From: an uncultured Akkermansia sp.
Lineage (GTDB): Bacteria; Verrucomicrobiota; Verrucomicrobiia; Verrucomicrobiales; Akkermansiaceae
Direction of reading: 5' to 3'
NCBI GenBank assembly: GCA_947626635.1
Contig: CANQSY010000001.1
Span: 592-64,591, forward strand
DNA: 64,000 nt
This document shows positions 35,418 to 45,113 of the stretch, piece after piece. The translations under genes and the position numbers were made by a program. Positions within the stretch are counted from its first letter, which is position 1, and every line of letters starts with the position of its first letter. The notes beneath the pieces are model-generated. The model was not told the origin of the DNA. It did not search any database and was given only the letters and a program-made list of their open reading frames with translations.

Positions 35418-35660
35418 GGCGCCTAACGGTGACGCTTCGGTACCGCACTACCTCAGCGCCCTACGGGCAACGAATACGCGTTGTCCAATCCCCTTACATG
35501 CCTTCAGTGGCTTTTTACGATTTACGATTTCAGGGAATTCGCGCGCCGGAGGCGCGTTCCAGCCGAGCGATAGCTAAGCGGAATTCTTGAAATGTTGGTG
35601 CGGTGATAGGAGGAAAGCGCCGGGCGGCGTTCCGCCGCCTATTTTTGATTTTCGATTTGT
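35418..35660 (+). repeat. Modular repeat array on the upstream side of hicAB
   Basis: Module GACGCTTCGGTACCGCACTACCTC..GTTGTCCAATCCC, heptamers, GGGAATTCGCGCG..GCGGAATTC module, variant core CGCCTATTTTTGA. Confidence 0.9.
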
Positions 35661-35804
35661 TGATAACGTGCGCGTTGCGCAGATTTTTGGGATTGTTAAC
35701 GAATGCGGAATCTTCTTAAGAGCCATCATCATGATGACCGCTCGTTGCCATGATTTTTGATAGGCATCAACGATGATATCAATCAGCAAGAGCATTCTCT
35801 CCAT
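35574..35804 (-). CDS. Possible small orphan ORF whose 3-prime end runs into the repeat
   Basis: 76 aa, hydrophobic N-terminus, GGAAG upstream; could be a remnant or spurious. Confidence 0.25.
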   Translation of the reverse strand: MERMLLLIDIIVDAYQKSWQRAVIMMMALKKIPHSLTIPKICATRTLSTNRKSKIGGGTPPGAFLLSPHQHFKNSA

Positions 35805-35850
35805 CGATTAACTTCCCACAAATGTGTTGACCCTGGGTCGATCCCCGGTC

Positions 35851-35888
35851 ACGGCACATCCCGCTGTCCCGGGGCGTGCCGTTTTTTT
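35851..35888 (+). terminator. Terminator-like hairpin with + strand U-tract
   Basis: ACGGCAC...GTGCCGT stem followed by TTTTTT. Confidence 0.5.
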
Positions 35889-35922
35889 GTGCAAAACCCG
35901 GCAAGAGACCGGGAAGGAGCGA

Positions 35923-37026
35923 TCAGATTTTAATCAGGATGCCGGCGCGCCAAAGGAGGAAACAGATGCTCCATGCACCGGCGAGGAAGAGCGAGGAGGC
36001 GTACAGCGGCTCTAGGGCGGGGGCAATATCTGCGCGATGAAACAACAAGGAAGAGAGGTGATTGCAGAGCTGGGGATAACCGGGCAAGTGAGTGAGCAGG
36101 TAGATGAACAGGGCATTGAGACCAACGACACGGAAGGGGAAACTGACCCACGCGCCCCATCTCCCAACATCGCAAAGCAGACGGAAGAGGGCGAGCAGGA
36201 TAAAACCGATGCCACCCGTCGTCCATACAAAAGCCGGTGTCCATATCCCTTTGATAACAGGTCCGCTCACCTGCCCTACCCCCACGCACGCTAAACCCAC
36301 GACGACGAGCAGCGCGAGCTGCCGCCCCAGGGAGAGCGAGGAAGAGCACGTCCGTCCCGCGCAGAAGCCCAGCAAGGCCAGAGCCGTTGCAGAAAGGATG
36401 CACAGAGGACCTTCCGGATCATACGAGCCGCTGTGCAGGACACCCGGGAGCAGCGCTTGGTCCACCTTCGCATTGAAGCAACCGGATGGAGTCATGTCCC
36501 CACCGAAGTGTTGCAGACACCACACCGTCGCGAGTACGACAAGAGCCAGCACGGGTGCGCTCCACGAGCGACGTAGAATGAGGATAGCCGACCCGGCAAG
36601 AGCGCAGCTGATGCCGATGAGACCAAGCACAGAGGCATACCGAATCGAAGCGAATCCCGGGGAGAGCAGAAAGAGCTCATGAATGTCCCACGTGCTCACC
36701 AGGCAGCCGCAAATCGCCAGGATGAAAGCTCGCTTCCAGAGCTTGACGAGAAGAGACCAACGGTTCATCCCACGCGCCTGAGCCCGAGTAAGGGAAAAAT
36801 ACATGGCCGCGCCGCTGATGAAGACGAACAGGGGGAAAATAAGATCGTAAAGCGCAAGACCCTCCCAACTACAGTGTCCAAGCTGGCGCCATACTTCAGA
36901 ACGCACTTCCTCCGGGGCGTAAAGGGATGCCCACGTGCGCAACAGCGCATCTAAGCCGATGATAAACAGCATATCCAGCCCGCGCAGAGCATCGAGCGAT
37001 AAAAGACGTGGCTGAGAGGTCTCCAT
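35923..37026 (-). CDS. Heparan-alpha-glucosaminide N-acetyltransferase-like (DUF5009) membrane acyltransferase
   Basis: RLLSLDALRGLDM, LGHCSWEG, DLIFPLFVFISG, YDPEGPL, PVIKGIWTP. Confidence 0.85.
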   Translation of the reverse strand: METSQPRLLSLDALRGLDMLFIIGLDALLRTWASLYAPEEVRSEVWRQLGHCSWEGLALYDLIFPLFVFISGAAMYFSLTRAQARGMNRWSLLVKLWKRAFILAICGCLVSTWDIHELFLLSPGFASIRYASVLGLIGISCALAGSAILILRRSWSAPVLALVVLATVWCLQHFGGDMTPSGCFNAKVDQALLPGVLHSGSYDPEGPLCILSATALALLGFCAGRTCSSSLSLGRQLALLVVVGLACVGVGQVSGPVIKGIWTPAFVWTTGGIGFILLALFRLLCDVGRWGAWVSFPFRVVGLNALFIYLLTHLPGYPQLCNHLSSLLFHRADIAPALEPLYASSLFLAGAWSICFLLWRAGILIKI

Positions 37027-37122
37027 ATCCAATAATACGATAAACACCCCGCTATTCTTTCAACGCAATGACGGCCACGCAGGCGCAGTTCCATGCGCCT
37101 GCGTCATGACACCTGAAAAGAC

Positions 37123-37151
37123 TTGCCAGGCGGGGAGAAACAACGTACAAT
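37123..37151 (+). promoter_or_regulatory. Promoter of glnS (probably leaderless)
   Basis: TTGCCA-17bp-TACAAT, 7 nt before ATG 37159. Confidence 0.65.
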
Positions 37152-37158
37152 CGCGCCC

Positions 37159-38835
37159 ATGGCACCCGAGGAAAAACGAGACTTCATACGTGAGTGGATA
37201 GCGGAGGATTTAACGAAGGGGCACTGTAAGGCTCCCATCACGCGCTTTCCTCCGGAACCTAACGGCTATCTGCATATCGGTCATGCCAAGGCCATCTGTC
37301 TCGATTTCGGTGTCGCCAAGGAATACGCCCACCTCGGAGCGGTCTGTCACCTGCGCTTTGACGACACGAACCCCTGCAAGGAAGACGTTGAATTTGTGAA
37401 CTCGATCCAGGAGGACATCCGCTGGCTGGGCTTTGACTGGGGAGAGCACCTCTACTGGGCATCCAATATATTCGATTTCTACTACGACTGCGCCGTGGCG
37501 CTGATCAAGAAGGGGCTCGCCTATGTGGACGAGCAGGACCGCGAAACAATGCGCAAGCAGCGGGGAGATCTCGTGACGCCGGGCATCCCCTCCCCCTTTC
37601 GCGACACCGCGGCGGAGGAAAATCTCGCGAAGTTTGAACGAATGAAAGCCGGCGAGTATGCCGAGGGAGCCGCCGTGCTGCGTGCCAAAATCGACATGGG
37701 CAGCAGCAACATGAACATGCGTGACCCCGTCATCTACCGTATCTCGTACGACCCGCACCACAACACCGGAAAACAGTGGTGCATTTACCCCATGTACGAC
37801 TTTGCCCACCCCCTTGAAGACGCATGGGAGCACGTTACCCATTCTCTCTGCACGCTCGAGTTTGAAAATCACCGTCCATTGTACGATTGGGTCATTGAGA
37901 ACTGTCCGGTGCCCGCGCGTCCCCAGCAGCGGGAATTTTCCCGTCTGAACATCACCTATACCGTGATGAGCAAGCGCAAACTGCGTCAGATGGTGGAAGA
38001 AGGCTATGTTTCCGGGTGGGACGACCCGCGCATGCCGACCATTTGCGGAATGCGGCGCCGCGGATACCCAGCCGCTGCCATCGTCGACTTCTGCGAGGGC
38101 GTCGGCATCACCAAATTCAACGGCAACACGGACGTTGCCCGTCTGGAAAATGCCGTACGTGCGGAGCTGAATGCCCACGCACCCCGTCGGATGGCGGTGT
38201 TGCATCCGCTGAAGCTCGTTCTCACCAACCTGCCGCAGGACCACGATGAGGAAGTGCGCGTGCAGATTAACCCGGAAATGCCGGAACTCGGCGAGCGCGC
38301 CCTGCGTCTCACCCGTGAGGTGTGGATTGAGCGGGAGGACTTCATGGTCGATCCTCCCAAAAAGTACAAGCGACTCAGTCCCGGCGCCTGTGTACGTCTC
38401 CGCGGCGGCTATTGCATCGTCTGCTCCGGCTACTCGACGGATCACGATGGTCGGGTCTGCGAAGTTCAGGCGGAGGTTCTTCCCGGCACGATCGGGGCCA
38501 TGCCGCCGGAGGGCATCCGCTGTCGCGGCGCGATCCATTGGGTTTCCGCGAAACATGGTGTACGGGCAGAGGTGCGGCTCTATGATCGTCTCTTCAAGGA
38601 TGAGGCGCCGGACGCCAATCCGGATGGATTCCTTGCGTCGCTCAACGAACATTCGCTCACGGTACTGACTGACGCCGTCGTGGAGCCCGAGCTCGCCGCC
38701 GCCGAGCCGGAATTCCTCTGCCAGTTTGAAAGACTGGGCTATTTTGTGGCGGATCGCCGAGACCATTGTCCGGAGCACCCGGTCTTCAATCGTTCGGTGA
38801 GTCTGCGCGACTCATGGGCCAAGATCAACAAATGA
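37159..38835 (+). CDS. glnS: Glutamine--tRNA ligase
   Basis: RFPPEPNGYLHIGH (HIGH), RFDDTNP, MSKRK, QFERLGYF. Confidence 0.96.
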   Translation: MAPEEKRDFIREWIAEDLTKGHCKAPITRFPPEPNGYLHIGHAKAICLDFGVAKEYAHLGAVCHLRFDDTNPCKEDVEFVNSIQEDIRWLGFDWGEHLYWASNIFDFYYDCAVALIKKGLAYVDEQDRETMRKQRGDLVTPGIPSPFRDTAAEENLAKFERMKAGEYAEGAAVLRAKIDMGSSNMNMRDPVIYRISYDPHHNTGKQWCIYPMYDFAHPLEDAWEHVTHSLCTLEFENHRPLYDWVIENCPVPARPQQREFSRLNITYTVMSKRKLRQMVEEGYVSGWDDPRMPTICGMRRRGYPAAAIVDFCEGVGITKFNGNTDVARLENAVRAELNAHAPRRMAVLHPLKLVLTNLPQDHDEEVRVQINPEMPELGERALRLTREVWIEREDFMVDPPKKYKRLSPGACVRLRGGYCIVCSGYSTDHDGRVCEVQAEVLPGTIGAMPPEGIRCRGAIHWVSAKHGVRAEVRLYDRLFKDEAPDANPDGFLASLNEHSLTVLTDAVVEPELAAAEPEFLCQFERLGYFVADRRDHCPEHPVFNRSVSLRDSWAKINK

Positions 38836-40136
38836 TGCCACGTACCTCAACCAGCGAAGCACCGATGGAGGAAAATCCTGTCGAGCGCCCGCTCTCTCCC
38901 CCACCTCCGGAGGAGGAGGTCCCCATCGCGGAAGGTCAGGACCCCATCACTTACTGCACCCTTGACGAAATCCTGCAGGAGTTGCAGCAGGGGCGCCTCG
39001 TCCTCGTAACAGATGACCCCGCGCGCGAGAATGAAGCCGATCTCATCTGCGCCGGGCAATTTGCCACGCCTCAGAACATCAACTTCATGGCCACGCATGC
39101 TCGCGGCCTCATCTGCATCCCTATGGCTCCCGAGCGGGTGGATACCCTCGGTCTCTCCATGCAGACCAGCCACAATACGGAAAAGCACCACACAGCCTTC
39201 ACCGTCAGCGTCGATGCTAAAATCGGCACCACCACCGGCATCAGCGCCTACGAGCGCAGTGTGACAACCCTCCGACTGGCGGACCCCCATGCAACGCTGG
39301 ATGACTTTGTTCAGCCGGGGCACTGTTTTCCCCTGCGTGCCCGGGAAGGAGGAGTGCTGCGCCGCGCGGGACACACGGAAGCCACCGTGGACCTCATGCG
39401 AATGGCCGGACTGGAACCGGTTGGGGTATGCTGCGAGATCATGAAAGAGGACGGGACGATGGCCCGACTCGGAGAGCTGGGAAGTTTCCAACGAGAATTC
39501 GGGCTCAAGGCATGTTCCCTGGCTCAGATCATCTCGCGTCGGCAACACACGGAAAAGCTCGTTGAACGCGAAGAAACCGTCAAACTCCCAACCGACTACG
39601 GAGAGTTCATCTGCCATGCCTACCATTCCAAGGTCGATGGACGCACACACCTCGCCCTCGTGCACGGCAACATCGACCCGGAGCAGCCCATTCTTTGCCG
39701 GGTGCACAGCGAATGTCTCACCGGCGATGTATTCGCCTCTCGTCGCTGCGACTGCGGTTCCCAGCTGCATCTGGCTATGCAACGCATCGCCCGGGAAGGA
39801 GGGGTGCTGCTCTATCTTCGCCAAGAGGGACGCGGCATCGGACTCTCGGCCAAGCTTCATGCGTACAAGCTCCAGGAGCAGGGTCTCGATACCGTGGATG
39901 CCAACATCCGCCTCGGCTTTCCGCCGGATCTCCGTGATTATGGCGTCGGCGCGCAAATTTTGCGAGATCTCGGCGTCCGCCAGCTCCGCCTCCTCACCAA
40001 CAACCCGCGCAAAATTGTTGGACTGTCCGGTCACGGTCTCCGAATTGTGGAGCAACTACCCATCTCCATTCCCGCCAACGACGATAATCGGCGCTATCTC
40101 GAGACCAAACGCACACGCATGGGGCACACGATCTGA
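38832..40136 (+). CDS. ribBA: Bifunctional DHBP synthase/GTP cyclohydrolase II
   Basis: RENEADL, TGISA, RAGHTEA, RVHSECLTGD, RCDCG, QEGRGIGL, LTNNP; exact start uncertain. Confidence 0.95.
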   Translation: MMPRTSTSEAPMEENPVERPLSPPPPEEEVPIAEGQDPITYCTLDEILQELQQGRLVLVTDDPARENEADLICAGQFATPQNINFMATHARGLICIPMAPERVDTLGLSMQTSHNTEKHHTAFTVSVDAKIGTTTGISAYERSVTTLRLADPHATLDDFVQPGHCFPLRAREGGVLRRAGHTEATVDLMRMAGLEPVGVCCEIMKEDGTMARLGELGSFQREFGLKACSLAQIISRRQHTEKLVEREETVKLPTDYGEFICHAYHSKVDGRTHLALVHGNIDPEQPILCRVHSECLTGDVFASRRCDCGSQLHLAMQRIAREGGVLLYLRQEGRGIGLSAKLHAYKLQEQGLDTVDANIRLGFPPDLRDYGVGAQILRDLGVRQLRLLTNNPRKIVGLSGHGLRIVEQLPISIPANDDNRRYLETKRTRMGHTI

Positions 40137-40272
40137 TGACGGCGTGGAAAAAACACCGGAGGAAAGAGCATCCCTTGCATCTATCTTTCACGAGGATGGC
40201 GAGTATGTCTCACTCCGGTGTTTCCAACGAAGAAAGAATACAGTAGTATAGGGAAGGTAGCAATTCTTTGAC

Positions 40273-42597
40273 ATGGCAGACATGAGTGACCAGAAACCGA
40301 GCAACGAGCAGGAACCGCCAACGCCGCCGACACCACCCCAGGGACAGACCAATTGGGGGTTATGGGTATTAATCTCCGTGATTGTCGGGGTCATCCTATT
40401 GGCCTTTGTCTTTGACAACGGGCTCGGCGTATCGAGCAAAAAGATGGACCTCTCGTCGTTTGAGAAAAAATTCCGCGACGGAGAAGTCGTGCTGAACGAC
40501 CCGAAAAATTTTCCGATTGAAGTCATCACGGATGAGCAGGCCAATTCCGGAGTCATTCATGCCTTCCTGTACAAGGAAAAGCCGACGTTTACCTACAGTC
40601 GTTTCTACATGCCCTTCACGGATAGTGATGAAATCAAAGCACTCTGCAACCGATTCGGCATCACATCCACCTCCGTCGAAAACGCCGATACACCTCTGCC
40701 TGACCAGACGCCGGGCGCCGTGCGTATTTGGTCGACGCAGGAATTTCGGACGCTCGGAGAGGAGGGACGCATCGATATGTCAACGCCGCCCGTGGTCTAC
40801 CTGCGCGGCAGTGGGAGCGGGGTCATCATAGGACAATGCCGACTTTATCCGACGCAGAAGGTGAGCCGAAGAAATGTGGTGGCCGTGCGCGTGGCATTCA
40901 ACGGGAAGTTTCAAGGTGATTCCGTACGCACGCTGCTGGGGAGTCACGCCTCCTATCGCGTGGAGAGCAATACCCTGCAACTCATACTCATCAACTGTCT
41001 GCCGGTTGTGCTGATTTTGCTGCTCTTTTTCCTGCTCATCCGTATGCAGACGGGAGGACCGGGCGGCGCAATCAAGTTTGCTAAGTCGCGCGCGCGTCTC
41101 CTGGATCCCTCAAAAAACAAGACCACGTTCAAAGATGTAGCGGGCATCTCGGAGGCCAAGGAGGAGGTATGGGAACTCGTAGAATTCCTGCGCAACCCGG
41201 AAAAATTCCGAGCTCTCGGCGGGTCGATACCCAAGGGTATCCTCATGGTCGGTCCCCCCGGTACGGGCAAAACGCTGCTTGCTAAAGCAATAGCCGGCGA
41301 AGCCGACGTTCCCTTCTACACCATCTCCGGCTCCGACTTCATGGAGATGTTTGTCGGCGTCGGAGCAAGCCGCGTAAGGGATATGTTCTCCGAAGCTAAA
41401 AAACACACGCCCTGCCTCATCTTTATCGACGAGATTGATGCGGTGGGACGTCACCGCGGTCATGGAGTCGGCGGCGGACACGACGAACGTGAACAGACGC
41501 TCAACGCCCTGCTCGTGGAGATGGACGGCTTCACCGACAACGAGAACATCATCGTCATCGCCGCGACAAACCGCGAGGATGTCCTGGATCCGGCCTTGCT
41601 GCGTCCCGGACGTTTCGACCGTCGCGTCATGGTGAACCTGCCGGATGCAGCGGGACGGGAGCAGATTCTGAGAGTTCACGCGCGGAAGATCAAACTCGCT
41701 CCGGATGTGGATTTGGCACCCGTTGCCAAGGCGACCACCGGATTCTCCGGCGCCGAACTGGCCAATCTCGTGAACGAGTCGGCGCTCATCGCCGTGCGGC
41801 GCGGGCATGCTGCCGTGTTGCAGAGCGACCTGGAGGAAGCGCGGGAAAAGGTGAGATGGGGACGCGAAAGGAGATCGTTGGAAATCACGGATCGCGAGAA
41901 ATGGATGACGGCTGTACACGAGGCAGGGCACGCGATTTGCCTCCTGAAGACAGAACTTTCCAAGACATTGCCGCTGCATAAGGTGACCATTATCCCACGC
42001 GGACCGGCGCTGGGGGTCACGATGATGTTGCCGGAAGAGGACCAGCACAGTGAGTACAAAAAAGAACTGCTCGACTACATCGTCATGGCGATGGGCGGAC
42101 GCTGTGCGGAAGTCGTTATGTTCGGCGATGTCTCCGGCGGCGCTCGAGGCGATATCAGTCAAGCGACGGTCATTGCTCGGAAAATGGTGTGTGTGTACGG
42201 GATGAGTGAGAAACTCGGACCCGTGGAGTATTCCTCCGGACATGACGAAGTATTCCTGGCTCGCGACTTCGCGCAATCGGTGCGCAACTTTTCGGAGCGC
42301 ACGGCGCAGCTCATCGACGAAGAAATCCGGCGCATCATCGAGGAAAATTATGAACGGGCTCTCAATATCCTCAGGCAAAACAAGGACCGCCTTGAGCTCA
42401 TCGCTAAAAAGCTCATCGAGTATGAGACCCTCAGCGGCGAGAACGTGAAGGAGCTCTTGGAAACGGGAGAAATGACAGATCCTCCCGTTCGGGAACTCCC
42501 GCCGGAGATACCGACTGCTCCCGACGCTGCCACCGACCTGGAAACTCCGGATGACAACCCGCCGACCGACAGCCCGGATGACCGCGATATCCTCTGA
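40273..42597 (+). CDS. ftsH: ATP-dependent zinc metalloprotease FtsH
   Basis: Two TM helices, [15 protein letters not shown], second region of homology, HEAGH. Confidence 0.97.
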   Translation: MADMSDQKPSNEQEPPTPPTPPQGQTNWGLWVLISVIVGVILLAFVFDNGLGVSSKKMDLSSFEKKFRDGEVVLNDPKNFPIEVITDEQANSGVIHAFLYKEKPTFTYSRFYMPFTDSDEIKALCNRFGITSTSVENADTPLPDQTPGAVRIWSTQEFRTLGEEGRIDMSTPPVVYLRGSGSGVIIGQCRLYPTQKVSRRNVVAVRVAFNGKFQGDSVRTLLGSHASYRVESNTLQLILINCLPVVLILLLFFLLIRMQTGGPGGAIKFAKSRARLLDPSKNKTTFKDVAGISEAKEEVWELVEFLRNPEKFRALGGSIPKGILMVGPPGTGKTLLAKAIAGEADVPFYTISGSDFMEMFVGVGASRVRDMFSEAKKHTPCLIFIDEIDAVGRHRGHGVGGGHDEREQTLNALLVEMDGFTDNENIIVIAATNREDVLDPALLRPGRFDRRVMVNLPDAAGREQILRVHARKIKLAPDVDLAPVAKATTGFSGAELANLVNESALIAVRRGHAAVLQSDLEEAREKVRWGRERRSLEITDREKWMTAVHEAGHAICLLKTELSKTLPLHKVTIIPRGPALGVTMMLPEEDQHSEYKKELLDYIVMAMGGRCAEVVMFGDVSGGARGDISQATVIARKMVCVYGMSEKLGPVEYSSGHDEVFLARDFAQSVRNFSERTAQLIDEEIRRIIEENYERALNILRQNKDRLELIAKKLIEYETLSGENVKELLETGEMTDPPVRELPPEIPTAPDAATDLETPDDNPPTDSPDDRDIL

Positions 42598-42640
42598 TCC
42601 ACATCCCCTGCCCCTTCTCTCTCATTTCGTTTCTCAGCCT

Positions 42641-42976
42641 ATGAACAGTCAGGACCTAGCCCGCGCTTGCGCTGCCGCAGCCGAGGACGCAAAAGCAACC
42701 GACGTTGCCATCTACGACCTACGAGCCTCCTCCACGATCACCGATTTCGCTGTGGTCTGCACGGCTACCTCCGTGCCGCATATGCGCGCCGTATTGCGCG
42801 ATGTGAATGACCTTGTCGGTGAGCGGCACGAGGTGTATCCCGTCTATGCCGAGCGTACACCGCAAGCGCTATGGTCGGTGCTGGATTACGTGGATGTGAT
42901 GGTACACGTGATGGCGGAAGAAATCCGCGACTTTTACAAACTGGAGGATTTTTGGGATCGGAAAAACAAGCTGTGA
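42641..42976 (+). CDS. rsfS: Ribosome silencing factor
   Basis: AEDAKATDVAIYDL, FAVVCTA, WSVLDYVDVMVHVM..R.FYKLEDFW. Confidence 0.92.
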   Translation: MNSQDLARACAAAAEDAKATDVAIYDLRASSTITDFAVVCTATSVPHMRAVLRDVNDLVGERHEVYPVYAERTPQALWSVLDYVDVMVHVMAEEIRDFYKLEDFWDRKNKL

Positions 42977-43324
42977 GGCGGCGGGCGGCGTTCCGTTGAC
43001 GCTTCGGTACCGCACTACCTCAACGCCCTGCGGGCAACGCTTGCGCGTTGTCCAATCCCACTCCGGGCCCTCGTGGGCTTTGCCTATTTACGATTTTCGA
43101 TTTACGATTTACGATTTCAGGGAATTCGCGCGCGGCGCGCGGGGAGGCAAAGCCGGTGCGGAGCGGAATTTTTAAATGATGAAGAGGTGATAGGAGGAAA
43201 GCGCCGGGCGCCTATTGGCGCCTATTTACGATTTTCGATTTGGAAATAATGCGCGCGGAGCGCGGGGTGCGGAAGTTCCGTCCCCAGAGCAAACGCGTTT
43301 GAGAGAAGTTCATCAACGGAGAAA
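42977..43324 (+). repeat. Modular repeat array between rsfS and yoeB
   Basis: Cores at 43085 and 43223; begins immediately after the rsfS stop. Confidence 0.92.
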
Positions 43325-43345
43325 ATACTCTTGCTGGCTGATTTC

Positions 43346-43621
43346 CTAATGCGGCTGCCCATAGTGCCCCATCATGGACAAAACTTCTACAACGCCTGCT
43401 TCCTCATTGACGCGATACACCAGCCGATCCTTCCTGTTGATCCGCCGCGACCAGCACTCCGCCAGCTCATACTTCAGCGGCTCCGGCTTCCCCCTCCCAA
43501 AGTATGGAGTCTCTGCTACTTCGCGCAGAAGCTCCTCTATTTTTTCCGCCGCCTTCCTATCCCTTTTCACCCACGCCTTCCTCTCCTTCTCCGCCTCAAG
43601 CGTCAGAATGATCTTCATCAT
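43346..43621 (-). CDS. yoeB: Txe/YoeB family toxin
   Basis: GKPEPLKY.L...WSRRI...DRLVY. Confidence 0.93.
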   Translation of the reverse strand: MMKIILTLEAEKERKAWVKRDRKAAEKIEELLREVAETPYFGRGKPEPLKYELAECWSRRINRKDRLVYRVNEEAGVVEVLSMMGHYGQPH

Positions 43622-43874
43622 AAAACATGCCCTTGTATTCAACGAGTTCTCCTCTCTTTGCCTGATCCAGCGACTTCAGCAAATGCGCCCTGTTCACCGG
43701 ATTATCCAGCAGATACCTCGTCTCCTCCTCGCTCGCCCAATCATCATACGGCACCATCACAACCTTCCTCCCGCGACTCGTAATCACCACGGGCTGACTG
43801 TCATCCACGCATTCCTTCATCAAACTCGCCAAATTCTGGCGCGCCTTACTGTAACTTACTACGGTCGGACACAT
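43596..43874 (-). CDS. yefM: Phd/YefM family antitoxin
   Basis: VSYSKARQNLA, PVVITSRG, EETRYLL..PVNRAHL..S. Confidence 0.93.
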   Translation of the reverse strand: MCPTVVSYSKARQNLASLMKECVDDSQPVVITSRGRKVVMVPYDDWASEEETRYLLDNPVNRAHLLKSLDQAKRGELVEYKGMFYDEDHSDA

Positions 43875-43885
43875 AACCCCTTTAT

Positions 43886-43904
43886 TGTACACAAAACTTG
43901 TACT
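43886..43904. promoter_or_regulatory. Putative YefM operator overlapping the promoter
   Basis: TGTACA (43886-43891) and TGTACT (43899-43904) cores; - strand TCGACA-16bp-TACAAT. Confidence 0.5.
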
Positions 43905-43934
43905 TTGTCGATCTAAAAAAATACACACACCGGG

Positions 43935-44333
43935 GCAAACGCATTTTCCAATGCGTTTGCTATTTACGATTTACGAATTACGATTTACGATTTGGGATGC
44001 TAGCGCGCCAAAGGCGCGGGATATGCTAAGCAGTAGCGAAGCGGAATTTCCGAGAGCAATGGTGATGGATAGCTAGAAAGGAGCCGGGCGGCGGGCGCCT
44101 GGGCTGCGCCTATTTACGATTACGAATTACGTTGACTCACCGCCGCCCCATCGACGGTTCGCCCTGCGGGCAAAAGCACCGCTTTTGTCCAATCCCACTC
44201 CGGGCCCTCGTGGGCTTTGCCTATTTACGATTTTCGATTTTCGAATTACGATTTCGGGGAATTCGCGCACCGGGGGCGCGTTCCAGCCGAGCGATAGCGA
44301 AGCGGAATTTTCGAGGACGAGGGGGCGGCGTTC
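43935..44333 (+). repeat. Modular repeat array on the upstream side of yefM-yoeB
   Basis: Cores at 43961, 44111, 44222; ends at a hairpin loop directly abutting the next stop codon. Confidence 0.92.
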
Positions 44334-45092
44334 TCACACCTTTTCCGGTCCGCGATACGAAACAAAGAAGCCATCACCGCGGTAGGGAGTGGGGTCAGAG
44401 ATGTCGTGCTTTTTGAGACCCACGCGGGCAATGTAGCCGGGGATTTCCTGCGGAGAATCCGGGAGTTGGCGGCGAAAGGCATCCGGATCGGGGAGAGGTT
44501 CATGAGCATCGGGGTCGACGACGCAGATCCAACCCGGCAAACCGTCTTCATCGCGAAACCAGATATTCGGCTGGACATGGGGAATATCCTGGTAGGAAAG
44601 AATGGGAACATTCTTCTTTCTCAGTTCGTTGATAACGACGGATACGCGCAGATTGCTCAGCTCCCAGTCCGACATGGGAACGGGCTCGGGCAGGTCCGGC
44701 ACCTCGGCAGGATTGATCATCTCGCCGGAAACAGGCGAAAGCAGATTCCACCCAAGAGAAAGAGGCGCCATGCTGTGCACCCAAATGGGGAAAAAGGCGG
44801 GCTCAAGGTTAAAATGGCGGGCCTCTTCAAGAAGGAGAGTCCGTTGATCCTCGGGTAAGGATATCTGGACCTGAACCTGTTTGCCGCGCTGTCCATGCGC
44901 ATTTTCTACTTTTGCGAGGAGGACGGCGTAAATCCGGTTGCCGACGGAAAAGATGAGGTCGGCAAATGAGGGACGAGACGGCTGCACCTTGTGCCACGCG
45001 TGGCGCCGGTTTTCCAACGTATCGAGGCACTGCTGCAACTGGTTGCCACACACCTTGAATGCCTCAATGTATTGTTGCTCGTCGAATACCAT
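44334..45092 (-). CDS. Hypothetical protein (252 aa)
   Basis: Clean ORF 21 bp downstream of gatB, same strand. Confidence 0.7.
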   Translation of the reverse strand: MVFDEQQYIEAFKVCGNQLQQCLDTLENRRHAWHKVQPSRPSFADLIFSVGNRIYAVLLAKVENAHGQRGKQVQVQISLPEDQRTLLLEEARHFNLEPAFFPIWVHSMAPLSLGWNLLSPVSGEMINPAEVPDLPEPVPMSDWELSNLRVSVVINELRKKNVPILSYQDIPHVQPNIWFRDEDGLPGWICVVDPDAHEPLPDPDAFRRQLPDSPQEIPGYIARVGLKKHDISDPTPYRGDGFFVSYRGPEKV

Positions 45093-45113
45093 AGAGAGGG
45101 AGAGAAAAAGCTG

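Noticed and set aside
34064-44333. Classical integron (attC sites plus IntI)
   Set aside because: There is no tyrosine recombinase in the window and I could not see RYYYAAC/GTTRRRY boxes bounding the units. It is kept only as an analogy.
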